From positions 704,001 through 768,000 of the forward strand of contig CAWFQB010000005.1 in assembly GCA_963817895.1 (NCBI GenBank): DNA of 64,000 nt. Direction: 5' to 3'. Positions within the stretch are counted from its first letter, which is position 1; each line of letters opens with the position of its first letter. Both the position numbers and the translations under genes were made by a program. Origin of the DNA: an uncultured Chthonomonadaceae bacterium (GTDB lineage: Bacteria > Armatimonadota > Chthonomonadetes > Chthonomonadales > Chthonomonadaceae). Of the stretch, positions 31,353-42,397 are shown piece after piece. The notes beneath the pieces were generated by a model. The model ran no database searches. It was not told where the DNA came from and was given only the letters and a program-made list of their open reading frames with translations.

Positions 31353-34300
31353 TAGATCGCCTTCGCCGGCACATCAATATGCGGCGTCGAGGTGTCCCCG
31401 TGCGGAATGGCCGTGCCGTCCGTGTGCGGAATGGTTTTGGTGTCTATGTGCGGCAGCGTCTGCGTGTCCACATGGGGAATGATTGTGGAATCCACATGCG
31501 GCACGACCGGCGTGTCCACATGCGGGCTGATAGCCGTATCTACGTGCGGAATGATCGTGGCGTCCGTGTGCGGTGTGCCAACGTCAAAGTGCGCCCCGGG
31601 GGTGTCCCAGTGCGCGTGGGTATCTACATGCGCCTTGCCAAAGAAACTGGTGTCGTCGTGAGAGCCGGTGGAATCGGCGTGACTGCCTCTGCTGTCCGCA
31701 TGGCTGGACGCCGTATCGCCGTGTTTGGCGGCAGTATCGGCGTGTTGGGCGGCAACATCCGCATGCAATTTCTGTGGCGTATCCCCATGCTGCGAGGGCG
31801 TGTCTACGTGCTGCGGCGGCGTATCCACATGCGGCGCAGCCGGAATATCGGCGTGCTGCGAGGGCGTATCTATATGCTTGCCCGCCACATCTATATGCGG
31901 CGTCACCAGACTGCTGAACAGGGAACTGGCGTTGTCCTTGATCTGCTTCTGAACGCGGTCCGCCAGCGCGTTGATGTCGCGCGGAGACACGGACAGGGTG
32001 AAAGCGGGCATATTCACCTTATGGCCCGACCATACAAACTGGCCGCTGACGGACGCGCTGAAGCCGGACGAGCCGATATGCGTGTCGAGCTGCAGGCCGA
32101 TGGAGGTATCCAGGGATATGTTGGGAATGAGGGTAGTATGGGTCACCGGGTCCTGAATCGCGCCCGTATCCAATTTCAGCGGCAATCCGATTGTTACCAG
32201 ACCGGCAAATTCGTAGGCGTTGCCTGTACGCTGTATGCTGAATGTCGCGCTCACGCCCAGCCACTGCCCTGTGATGATCGCGCTGTTGTTCGTAACCGTC
32301 ACCATAGACTTCAAAAGGTTGAAGTCTTGCAAAGTAACGCTGACTGCCACCTGCAAAAACAGGGTTCCCTTGTTGTCGAGCGTCATAAGGCCGTCCGCTT
32401 TTACTTTCAGCGGGGACGAGTCCGGGAACAGATCGAGATGCCCCTGCATCTGGAAGTGGGTATCGTCCATTGCCAGGCTGGCCGTAAAGACCGTGTAGTC
32501 GCCCACGCGCAGCAGGCTTGTTCCACTCACTGAAAAAGCGGGAGAGCTGTGGCTGATAACCACCTGCCCGCGTAAATCCGCCGAAAACAGGCTGCCGATG
32601 CTGCCGGACAGATGCAGGACGGTTCCGAAGCCGCCCGACGCGCCCGCAACTCCGAAGCGGCAGTCGAAGGCAAGCGCGTTTGCCAGATTCCAGCCGCCGC
32701 GCAGGAACAAGACCATACCCTCATCGTTGGGCGTAGGCGAGGGCGGCAACACCTGTATGGTCGCGTTCAGATCGTTGAAAGCGGCGGGAACCCGGTTCTT
32801 CGCCACCAGGTCGCGGAACTCTTTGGGCGTGGTGATAAGCCAGTCGGCGTAAATGCCCGACATGAACCCGAAGGCCAGCGTCTCCTGCCCGACGCGCTTT
32901 TCCAATGGCAGGCACTGGATCAGTTCGTTCAGGCTGAGGGTCTTGATCGCGTTCAGCAGATGCGCCAGAACGCCATACGCGGTATACGGCGGCTGTAACC
33001 CCGTCTGTGTGCCGAGCGACTTGCCGCTGAGATATTTGGGCAATTGCAGGTAGTTCGGCCCGACGGTCAGGGAAAACGGAACTGCCGACGCGAACGAGGC
33101 ATTGGGGTCGAGCAGGTAGGTTCGATCCGTAAAGAACTTTTCTACGCTGGTGAACAGCGCCAGCAGTTGCTTGAAGTCGGGAACCTGCGGTTTCGGGAAC
33201 TGCCAGTCCGTCACCACGCTCAAGCCTTCCAATCCGAGATATTCGTAGCGCAAATGTTCGCAGAAAAGCGGAATGGGGATCGGAATCACGGTTTCGTAGA
33301 GTACCAGCACGAACAGGTTGTGGAGCGTGATCGTGTTCACGAGCGCGTTGCTGTTGGGCAGAATCGGCAGTTTGTCCAGGGGCAGCGCGATGGCGGCGGC
33401 CATAGTAATCACATCGAAGAAATCAATAACGGCGTCTATCTTGACGGAAAGCGCGGCGCCTCCGAACAGTTCGCCAATCGTGAGACTGTACAGTTCGATG
33501 CCCATGATCTGCGGCAGCGGGCCGATGAAGCAGGATGTCAGTATTTTGATCGGCTTGTCGCCCTCTACGGCGATCTTCCCGCTGACGCGCCCATCGTCCG
33601 TGATGGTAATGTCGAAGGTGAAGCCCTGCGGTATCTCAAAATCGAGATAGGACTTGAAGCGAGTCGGCAGATGGTCGAGCCGGGACGCAACGGCGTTGAG
33701 CGCTGTCGTGAACTCTGTGGGGAGGGAAACGCCGGTTTTTTGCAGCAGCGCCAGCAGCGCGCCTGTGTTCAAATTGCCTTTGTCGTCGAACGCCTTTATC
33801 TCCGCGAGAGGAATGCCTTTGGGCAGAGCCGAACTCAGCGCGTTCAGGTGGCAGGCATCCAGAAGCGATTTGATGGGCGTAAGCGGAATTTGGAGCGGAA
33901 ACGCTGGGATCGGCCTGCTCGAAGCCGCCCTGCGCGTTGAACTGTTTGCCGTCGTAACTGAAGACGGGAACCTCGAATTTGAACTTGCCGAAATCGCCGA
34001 AGTCCGCGTAGCACCAGGTAGTCCCGCCCTCGGTTTTGAACTGAAGGACGAGGAAGGGGGAGGAGACGGCGCGAATGGAAAGCCCGTTTTTGACATCGGC
34101 CTCGACCCGCAGGCGCGTCACGCTGCTGTCATCACCTTTGCGGTATGTGTTGAAAACATTCACGGACGGGGAGCCGTCAGATTTCGTGCCAAACAGCGTG
34201 TTTGTCTGATTCGGGATGCCGAACCCGGCGTCCATCGCGAAACTGATGTCGCTGCCCAGTTGCAGGGTGAAGTTGGCGGCTTCGATATTGCCCGTGCCCC

Positions 34301-36196
34301 ATTTCAGATGCAGGCTGCCCACATTGGTATCGGGGTAATTGATTTCCAGGGGGCTGACCAGATGATCTATCGTCAGCGTCGCGCCCGCCGCGTCCGCTTT
34401 GAAATCCGCTTTGCAGGGCGTGTTGGTGGCGGGGAACAGCGATTGCAGACCGTTGGGCATTCCCGTGAACCACAGGTCTACCTCCGAGTTAAGGCCCATT
34501 TGGTTTTGCCCGCGCTGTCGCGCGTCCCGGTTATTCCGACGGACTCCCATCCGAGATGAACGGCAGAGGGGGTGCCGGGAATGGGAATGGAAACGTCGGC
34601 GCTCGTGGCTTTGAAAACCAGCCCCATCGTTGCTTCCTTCTTGTAAAGCTGCACGGAACCGGCAACCGCAACGTCGGGGTCGAAATGGAGTCCGCCGGCA
34701 ATGGTAACGTCCCAGGTATACGCGCTGGCAGCGTCCAGGGGCTGCGCGGTATCGGGCTTTTTGGTTGTGGATTTAAGGGCTTTTTGAATGGAAATCGCCA
34801 CGCTGTTCGCCGTCATGCCGCCGTCCGGCAACGTGACAAGATCGCCCTTGCCGGTCTGTCCGGCGTCCAGGGTAAACGTTCGGGCGTCCGAAGTGGTCAT
34901 CACGCTGGCGGCTAAAGTAACATTGTGGTCGAAAACGGTGGCGGCGATGGAACCGGAAACGCTCCAGTCGGTTTTCCCGTCGTACTGAAAACTGAGGTTC
35001 GTGCCGGTGAATACCAGTCCGTCCACAACCGTGACGGTTTCGGTGTCCTGCGCCGTAAGCAGCGCGTGTATCGCCCCGGAAACCTGTGTCACGCCGCTGC
35101 CCGCGCTTGCATCCCTGGCGATATGTACGGTAGTGGTGTTAATGCCCTGATTGGCGACGCCGAACGGCAGCGTCCAGCGCGTGGCGCAAACGGCGTCGAA
35201 GGTAAAAACGCCCGTGTCGGGAACGGCGGTCAGTTTCACGCCGGAAAGCGCGACATCGGGAACTTCGGGCGGAAGCGCGACGCCCTGCGGCAGCAGGTCA
35301 CGGACAACCGCGTTCAAATTCAGCGGCGTTTGCGCCGCCAGATCCGCTTCCAGCGTCCAGTTGGCGGCTCCCGCGGGCTTGCTTGCGGATACCGTCAGGT
35401 CGCTGTCGAACAGCAGAAGCTGGCCCTGAATACTGCCTTCTACGGTTCTGGTCGCGGCCGTGCCGGGCGTATTGACGGTCAAATTGAGCGACACGCCGCT
35501 GACGGCGAATTTATCCGGGAAAACCTGCCAGGCATGGTCTTTGCCCGATACCTGCGTTGCCAGCTGAATCATAGCGATGGATTTCGTTTTAATATCCACG
35601 CTGAGGGTGAGACTGGCAAGCGATACGTTGCCCAAACTTGCAAGCCCGGAAGGGAAGAACGAAAGGTCGGCGGAAGTGAGGCTAGACAGTTCGGTCAGGC
35701 CAAGCGCGGGCAGGGCGTTGGCTGCAAGGGTCAGAGTCCAGAGGGCAGCCGTCGCCGTCACCTGAAATTCTACAGACACGGTTGTTTGTTTTACCGTAAT
35801 GGCGGCATCCACAATTCCCGTGACGGTATTTACGTCTGCCGAACTGACGTTCAGCTTGACGCGAGTCACGGCCAGCCACGACGCTTCGGGAAAGAGGAGG
35901 GGCGCGGCATCTTGATAGGTCACGGTCAGGCCGCACGACTTTGCCGTCCCCGCTTCCGTAAAGTCAATCTCTACATTCGCCTGTGGAATGTCAAAAAGAG
36001 TGACAGCGCCGGTAAGCGCGAGGCTGCCGTCTGAGGCAGTGGCGAGATTCGCGTTTTGTACCACGATTTTATCGCCGCCGGGGAGGTGGGCGAGCAGGGC
36101 GGGAAGAAGCCCGCCGCTTTGGGCAATGCCGGCCAGGGAGAGCAGGCCGTTTTGAATGTCTTGCTGAATCTCTTGCTGCAGCTGCGCGAGCGACAT
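31352..36196 (-). CDS. Giant beta-rich protein (~1614 aa after repairing two compensating indels) with a C-terminal His-x-Asp repeat tail
   Basis: Three overlapping ORFs joined at ~34490 (-1) and ~33900 (+1); 4845 nt = 1615 codons; GGAG before ATG 36196. Confidence 0.8.
31355..31900 (-). repeat. Coding repeat: 24 H-x-D motifs in 182 aa, period mostly 7-8 aa
   Basis: PHIDVAGK HIDTPSQ HADIPAAP HVDTPPQ ... HGDTSTP HIDVPAKAI*. Confidence 0.95.
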
Positions 36197-36336
36197 AGCG
36201 GAACTCCATTTTCGGTGAACGTACCGACCGTGTGAAGAGAACAGTTGGCAGAAAACGGTGGCCTGCATAGTGGCAAGGAGTGGCCTGTGTCGGAAGCGTA
36301 GTATCAGGACGAGCTTCCCCCGTAACCTTACCAGCC

Positions 36337-36365
36337 ATTATAACAAAAGTATTATTCGCTGTCAA
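36337..36365 (-). promoter_or_regulatory. Perfect sigma70 promoter with extended -10 for the giant-protein/rSAM unit
   Basis: TTGACA at 36365-36360, 17-bp spacer ending TGT, TATAAT at 36342-36337. Confidence 0.85.
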
Positions 36366-36517
36366 TAAGTTTTTTGAGGTTGTGATATTTGTATGCTATG
36401 TCAATTTTTGGCAATATATATAGGCGTATATCCTGTGTTACTTCCGGCGTGACAGTGGAAGCACACGTCCTCCACAATGAGATTGTTTTTCTCCCTTGAT
36501 AGTCATGAGAAACGCTT

Positions 36518-36550
36518 CTTAATCTTCTCTTAACAGGCGGCTGGTATGAT
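36518..36550 (+). promoter_or_regulatory. Two CTTAA repeats at 11-bp period plus TGnTATGAT (Pho-box-like promoter)
   Basis: TTAA at 36519 and 36530; TATGAT at 36545. Confidence 0.6.
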
Positions 36551-36716
36551 ACCGCAAGAAATCCGTGAGATAAATCTCGCGGCTGTGATAACGAAACCCG
36601 CCTTCGCGGGTTGCATACTCAGTCCACGCAGGTGGACTTTGTTACCGCAGCCGAGGAATTTATTCCCCGGATGCCAATGTTTTATGACAGTATGCCTGTT
36701 AAGAGAGGATCGTTTC

Positions 36717-38297
36717 ATGTCTACGGAAACCACATTGCCCAATATATCGCGCCGTCAACTGCTGCAAGCCGCCGGGGGTGTCACCTTCCTCGCGCTTGTG
36801 CCAACGCCCAACGGCTACGCCGCCCGTTTCGACCGCAACTATCAATCGAAAACCGAAAACCGAAAATCGGAGACTGCGCTGCCTCTGTTCACCGCCCTGC
36901 CCTATATTCAACCCGGCACGAGCAGCAGCAAACTGGCAGAAGGGCAGGAATCGCTTGTCGTGGCGTGGCAGACCAACCATGTTCCCGCCGAGTTTACCCT
37001 CGATTACGGCGCGTCCGGCCTGAACCAGAAGGCCAACATTACGCGGGCGCAACGGTTGAGCGGCGACCATGAGGACGAAAGCCACCACCAGAACTATGTG
37101 GCGACCCTGACCGGCTTATCCCTGAACAAGCGCTACCAGTACCGGGTTCGCATGAACGGCGAGGTTCTAATGGAGGGGTATTTCACGACCCGCAAGCCGC
37201 GTGGCGTGAAAAGCCGGTTCGTGGCGTTTGGCGACAACTCTTACGGCGACATCAGCGACCGCGCCATCGCGTATCAGGCGTATCGCGCCCGCCCCGACTT
37301 TATGATGAACACGGGCGACAACGTGTACGAGGATGGGCTGGACAACGAGTACGCCCGCTACTTCTTCCCTGTGTACAACGCCGAGCAGACCGGACAACGG
37401 ACGGGCGCACCCCTGCTGCGCTCGATTCCCTACTACTCCGTGATTGCCAACCACGATGTTCACGCCAAAGGGCCGCAAGGCCGCCCGGTTGCCGACTTTA
37501 CGCTGCACAATGACGCCCTTGCCTATTTCACCAATTTTCACTTTCCGCTGAACGGCCCCACACCGGCGCAAAAAACGCCCGCGTATGGCGATGCCGCCGC
37601 TATTGACCATTTCGCCAAATGCGCCGGGCGCGCGGTATCCCAACATGGTGAACTACTCCTACGATTACGCCGACGCGCATTTCCTGTGTTTGGACAGCAA
37701 CATCTATGTAGACCCGACGGATACGGGCTTGCAGGAGTGGATTGCCGCCGACTTAGCGAATACGGATGCCGCCTGGAAGTTCGTCGTGTACCATCATCCC
37801 GCCTTCAACGCGGGCTTCGACCACTACGCCGAGCAGCACATGCGCGTTCTTGTCGCCCCTGTTCGAGAAGCATGGCGTTGACATGCTGCTGCACGGCCAC
37901 GAGCATACCTATCAGCGGACGCGCCCCTTCCGTTTCGCGCCGAACGGCGTTGCCGGAGCCAAAAACGTCAACAGCAAGAATCGATTGGTTCCCGGCAAGT
38001 TCACGATTGACACGCGCTTCGACGGCAAGACCGTTACCAAACCGGACGGCATTATCTATATCACGACGGGCGCGGGCGGCAAGCACCTGTACGACCCGGA
38101 AAGCAACAACAACCCCAAAATCGTGGCTGCACCCCGAAGACAACAACGCCGATTACGTCGTCCGCTTCGTGTCCGACCGCCACTCCCTGACCGTTTTCGA
38201 CATGGACGCCAACAGCCTGACCATGACGCAGATTGACGAGTGGGGCAACACCATAGACCGCATTCGCATTACCAAAGCTGATTGTTCTGAACGATGA
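36717..38297 (+). CDS. Tat-exported purple-acid-phosphatase-like metallophosphoesterase with three frameshifts (~37630, ~37850, ~38118)
   Basis: SRRQLL Tat motif; FGD, TGDNVY, ANHD; YHHP in ORF 37585; HGHEH in ORF 37766. Confidence 0.85.
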   Translation: MSTETTLPNISRRQLLQAAGGVTFLALVPTPNGYAARFDRNYQSKTENRKSETALPLFTALPYIQPGTSSSKLAEGQESLVVAWQTNHVPAEFTLDYGASGLNQKANITRAQRLSGDHEDESHHQNYVATLTGLSLNKRYQYRVRMNGEVLMEGYFTTRKPRGVKSRFVAFGDNSYGDISDRAIAYQAYRARPDFMMNTGDNVYEDGLDNEYARYFFPVYNAEQTGQRTGAPLLRSIPYYSVIANHDVHAKGPQGRPVADFTLHNDALAYFTNFHFPLNGPTPAQKTPAYGDAAAIDHFAKCAGRAVSQHGELLLRLRRRAFPVFGQQHLCRPDGYGLAGVDCRRLSEYGCRLEVRRVPSSRLQRGLRPLRRAAHARSCRPCSRSMALTCCCTATSIPISGRAPSVSRRTALPEPKTSTARIDWFPASSRLTRASTARPLPNRTALSISRRARAASTCTTRKATTTPKSWLHPEDNNADYVVRFVSDRHSLTVFDMDANSLTMTQIDEWGNTIDRIRITKADCSER

Positions 38298-38451
38298 TTT
38301 TCATGCTTGAGGATACAGGATTAGCGAGGCGCGTTCATCATGGGTATCTCATAATCCTGAAAATCATAGTTCAAGACAAAGCCGTTTGACTTGCGGCAGG
38401 AAAACCGTTTTCCTGTGGAATGAGGCGCAAACACTCTAAGGAGAGCGGCAC

Positions 38452-38905
38452 ATGCCCAACAACGGACACAATACTACGATTGGCGGCGGGGGTTTTCATC
38501 ATCTTGCCCTGCGCGCCTACGATTTCGACAAGACACTGGATTTTTACATCAACGGGCTGGGGTTCCAGAAAAAGCACGGTTGGGGCGAGGACGGCAGGAG
38601 CAAGGGCGAACCGGACAGCCGCGCCGTGATGCTGGACACGGGCGACGGCAACTATCTGGAAGTGTTCGCGGGCGGCAACGATGCTGCCCGAAGACGTTCC
38701 CGAAGGCGCGCTGTTCCATTTCGCCATCCGTTCCAGTGACGTTCCCGCCGCGCTGGAACGCGCCCGCGCGCATGGCGCCACCGTTACCGTCGAACCAAAA
38801 AAGGTCACGCCCCCCCACAGCGAACGCCCGCTGGAATTCCATATCGCCTTTGTGCGCGGGTTTAACGGCGAAGTCATCGAATTCTTCGACAATCCTGAAC
38901 TGTAG
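38452..38905 (+). CDS. VOC/glyoxalase family protein, frameshift near 38678
   Basis: FHHLAL...FYINGLG...LEVF joined to HFAI...GFNGEVIEF. Confidence 0.85.
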
Positions 38906-39002
38906 CCTTCATCGGGTGTCCACAATGGTCCCCTTCTCCCAAATTTGGGAGAAGGGAGGCATTTATCTCAGTATATAGCGAAAACAATGAAAGCGGGCGG
39001 CG

Positions 39003-40381
39003 ATGGATTTTGAGGCGAGCCTTCAGTATATGGAGAGCCTGCTGCGGTTCGGCTGGAAATTGGGCAATGAGCGGTTTTCCGCCCTGTGCGAACGATTGGG
39101 CAATCCGCAGGACCAGTACCACATTATCCATATCACCGGCACGAAGGGCAAAGGCTCCACAACCGCGCTGGCGGCGAACATTTTGCGAGCGCAGGGCTAT
39201 AACGTCGGCGCGTACTTTTCGCCGTATGTGTACGATCCCTGTGAGCGCGTTCAGGTCAACGGGCAGATGATTCCGCGCGACGATTTTGCCCGTATTGTTA
39301 CCGAAATTCGCCCGCATATTGAAGAATTGGCGCAAACCGAACTGGGGCAGACGACGGAATTTGAATTGAAAACCGCGCTTGGCTTCTGCTGGTTTGCCGA
39401 ACAAAATGTGGATTGGGCCTGCATCGAGGTGGGAATCGGCGGCAGGCTGGACGCCACGAATATCGTGAAACCAACCGTTTCGGTGATTACCAACATCGGG
39501 CTGGACCACATGCAGCAATTGGGCGACACCCACGCCCTGATTGCGAGTGAAAAAGCGGGCATCATCAAGCCGGGTATTCCGTGCATAACAGCAGTAGAAC
39601 ATCCCGACGCGCTGGAAGTGATACGGCAAACGGCGCGGGAGCGGGATTCTCCCCTCGCGTTGGTACGGCAGGGCGAAGCCTCGCAGCCAACAGGGGACGC
39701 AGGGCGAATTTACTGGCGGCTTGACTTGAAAACAAAACCTAAATGGCAGCCCGGTGAAGAGGATGAACATACTGCCCCGTTTAAGGTCGCCACTGCCGCA
39801 AACATTTACCGTTTCCTGAATTTACGCTTGAATGGCGTATACCAGCGCGTAAATGCCGCCTGCGCGATTGCCGCAGTGGAAACCGCGCTGCACCAGCGAA
39901 ATGAAACGCTTTCCAAAAAGGCGGTTCGCGAGGGGTTGTGGAACACAACTTTGCCGGGACGGTTCGAGCAGGTACAAATACCCGATGGCCCGCTTGTGGT
40001 TCTGGATGGGGCGCACAATGAAATGGCGGCGCAGGCATTGGCCGGCCCGGTTCGCGCCCTGTGCGCGGCCAAACACATTTCGCGCGTGTTTCTGGTCATT
40101 GGCATGTTGACCGGACACGCGCCCGAAGGCGTATTTGCCGCTCTTGCGCCGCTTGCCGAGCGTATTTACGTGTGCCAGCCCCAATGGAAACGCGCGCAGA
40201 CCGGTAGAAGAACTGGCAAACGTGGCGCGTCAATTCTCCGAGAATGTCATCGTGATTCCTGACGTTCGGAAGCCGCGCAAACCGCTATCGCAGCACGCGC
40301 GACCCGGATGATCTCGTACTCATTACCGGCTCATTCTATACTGTTGGCGAAACAGCTACCGTAAGCGGAATTAGAGGATAA
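39003..40381 (+). CDS. folC: Folylpolyglutamate/dihydrofolate synthase, 3' part frameshifted after ~40200
   Basis: TGTKGKGST, EVGIGGRLDATN, LDH, EKAGI, PGRFE, LDGAHN; terminal TGSFYTVGE in another frame ending at TAA 40381. Confidence 0.93.
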
Positions 40382-40384
40382 TAT

Positions 40385-40576
40385 TTGACCGCTCGACAAG
40401 TAATTAAACGTCTTTTGGATGAAGGCTGGTATGAAGACCGGCAAAACGGCAGCCACAAAGTTTTCAAGCATCCTGACAGACCGGGCCGGGTTGTTGTGGC
40501 GGTTCACGGCAGCAAAGACATACCTCGTAAAACACTTCAGGACATTTACGATCAAGCCGGATGGGGGAAACCATAA
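40385..40576 (+). CDS. hicA: HicA family toxin
   Basis: 63 aa; GW...RQNGSHKVFKHP...VAVH. Confidence 0.9.
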   Translation: MTARQVIKRLLDEGWYEDRQNGSHKVFKHPDRPGRVVVAVHGSKDIPRKTLQDIYDQAGWGKP

Positions 40577-40800
40577 TGAACGAGTATGCGGTTGTTTATG
40601 AGCGGGGTGAGGAGGGCGAGGAGAATTGGGGCGCCTACGTTCCTGACCTTCCGGGCTGCACTACGACGGCGGACACCTTTGAGGAGGCGCAGCGTAATAT
40701 TCAGGAAGCCATTGAGGGCTACATTGCGTCCCTGCGTGACGGCGGAGAACCTGTGCCACGTCCCACAACCATAGTTGGGCGTGTCGCAGTTGCAGCGTGA
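40576..40800 (+). CDS. hicB: HicB family antitoxin (short form, no DNA-binding domain)
   Basis: AYVPDLPGC...EEA...EAI; TAATG coupling to hicA. Confidence 0.9.
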   Translation: MNEYAVVYERGEEGEENWGAYVPDLPGCTTTADTFEEAQRNIQEAIEGYIASLRDGGEPVPRPTTIVGRVAVAA

Positions 40801-40820
40801 TTCAAACTAACCTCCATGCG

Positions 40821-42397
40821 CTAATTCTCTATTTGCGCCCACGCTGCGGTCTTAACGATGTCTTGCATCTGCGCGGGCGTCAGGCCCAGTTTGGCCGCGC
40901 TCGTAATCACGTCCCGCATGTCCACGCCGTACCAGTTGCGCTTGTTCGGTTCGCCTAATCCCGCTACGTTCAAACACGCGATGGCATCGGCTACCTGACG
41001 TTCAAAATCAGCAGCGTTTAATTTCCGCTTTGTACGCACGTGTTCACGCAGTTGTTGCGCGGCGTGTTTCATTCCCGTTGCGAATGGCGGGAAATCTGCG
41101 GCAAGGAACTGTTGCGGGCGGGCAGGCATGTCAACGCGACGCGCCATTTCCGCGTGACTTGCGGCGGCAAAATAGAACATTGAGAACGCCCTAAATAATG
41201 GAAAGTCCGTCATTCCCGCATAGCAGGCGGCAATGAACTGCGCCGTCCAATCGGCTTCGCGCAGGGTAACGCTGTTATACTCCTGTAAGTCGCGCTTCCC
41301 AGCTCCTGCGTACCCCACGCTTCTTCAAACATTCGTCCCAACCGCTCAATTCCTAACAGCGTCAGCGGCATTCCCGTGCTGAAGAGCGGGTCTACAAACG
41401 CCATTGCGGACGGCAGCAGCGCCCACCTTTCTCCGGCGGCAATGCTCATGCGATACGTAAGTTTGGGCGCGTAAACAAACGGGCGAATGGTCTTCGCGTC
41501 GGCAAACTGCGCCTCAACCGTCGGGAAGCGGCGTAAAATACGCGGCCACGCGGCTTCGCCCTCCGCAAGGTTCAACTCCCGCGCCAGCCAATCTTCTATT
41601 GCCACGCCCGCGCTCGTGACGCCATTATTAAACCGCAAAACCCACATCCAGCCGCCCTCAAAGACATGATGCAGCGCGGCGTCATCGGGCGGATACGGGG
41701 GCGTTTCGGGAGTTTGGAAAACGTTCATACGGTCGCAACGGTGTACGTTCGTGAAATGCGAATATAAGGCTTGCGTGGGCGGGTAAGCGGCAAAACTTGC
41801 AGTCGGCAAATTCAGGCTTCGCGCCAGCAGTCCGTTCGGCCCGCCCGCATCCACGACAAATTGTGCCACGACGCGAATGGCCTGCCCGTACCGCTCGCCC
41901 GTCAGAATTGCGCTCCCCGCCGTAAACTCCGCGCCGCACAATCGCGTTTCATCCAGATACTCCACGCCCAACGCCAGCGCTTCCCGCAAAAGAAAATCAT
42001 CTACATCCGAGCGCAGCCAGTGCGTATCCGCAACCGCGTTGTTCGGGCTTGCCGCGACAATCAGTTGATTTCCGCGCGCAGGGTCGGGACAAAACGGCCT
42101 GCCCGCCTGATGGTGGTAATAGGTGAAGCCGCGTTTTAATCCGCAAACGACATCGGGGTACGCGGCCTGCCACGCGCCATAGGTGGTCAGAGGAAGCAGG
42201 CGGGAGAGGTCGTAACGATGCGCAAGCTGTTCAATCAGCAGGTTCATCAGGGGCGACGTGGATTCGCCGATGGCAAACCGGGGATGCTTGCCCTTTTCCA
42301 GCAAAATCACGCGCAGCCCGATACGCCGCGCAATCATCGCCAGCAGCGTTCCGCCAAATCCTGAGCCAATAACGGCTATATCGTAGTCTGTTTGCAT
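40821..42397 (-). CDS. Flavin-dependent halogenase-like oxidoreductase, frameshift near 41295
   Basis: GSGFGG, PRFAIGES, LKRG, GWMWVL, FVDPLFSTG; C-terminus in ORF 40821-41318. Confidence 0.85.

Noticed and set aside
31355..31900. Possible CRISPR array or DNA-level tandem repeat
   Set aside because: Units are 21-24 nt, degenerate at third codon positions, have no unique spacers and lie in frame within a CDS.
31325..32533. 402-aa plus-strand ORF with R/V/H/M repeats
   Set aside because: Antisense shadow of the HxD repeat tail; the minus-strand frame has the coherent protein, promoter and operon context.
33880..34500. Programmed frameshifting or phase variation in the giant gene
   Set aside because: The junctions are 2-3-nt T runs with no slippery heptamer or long homopolymer, and similar indels occur throughout the window.
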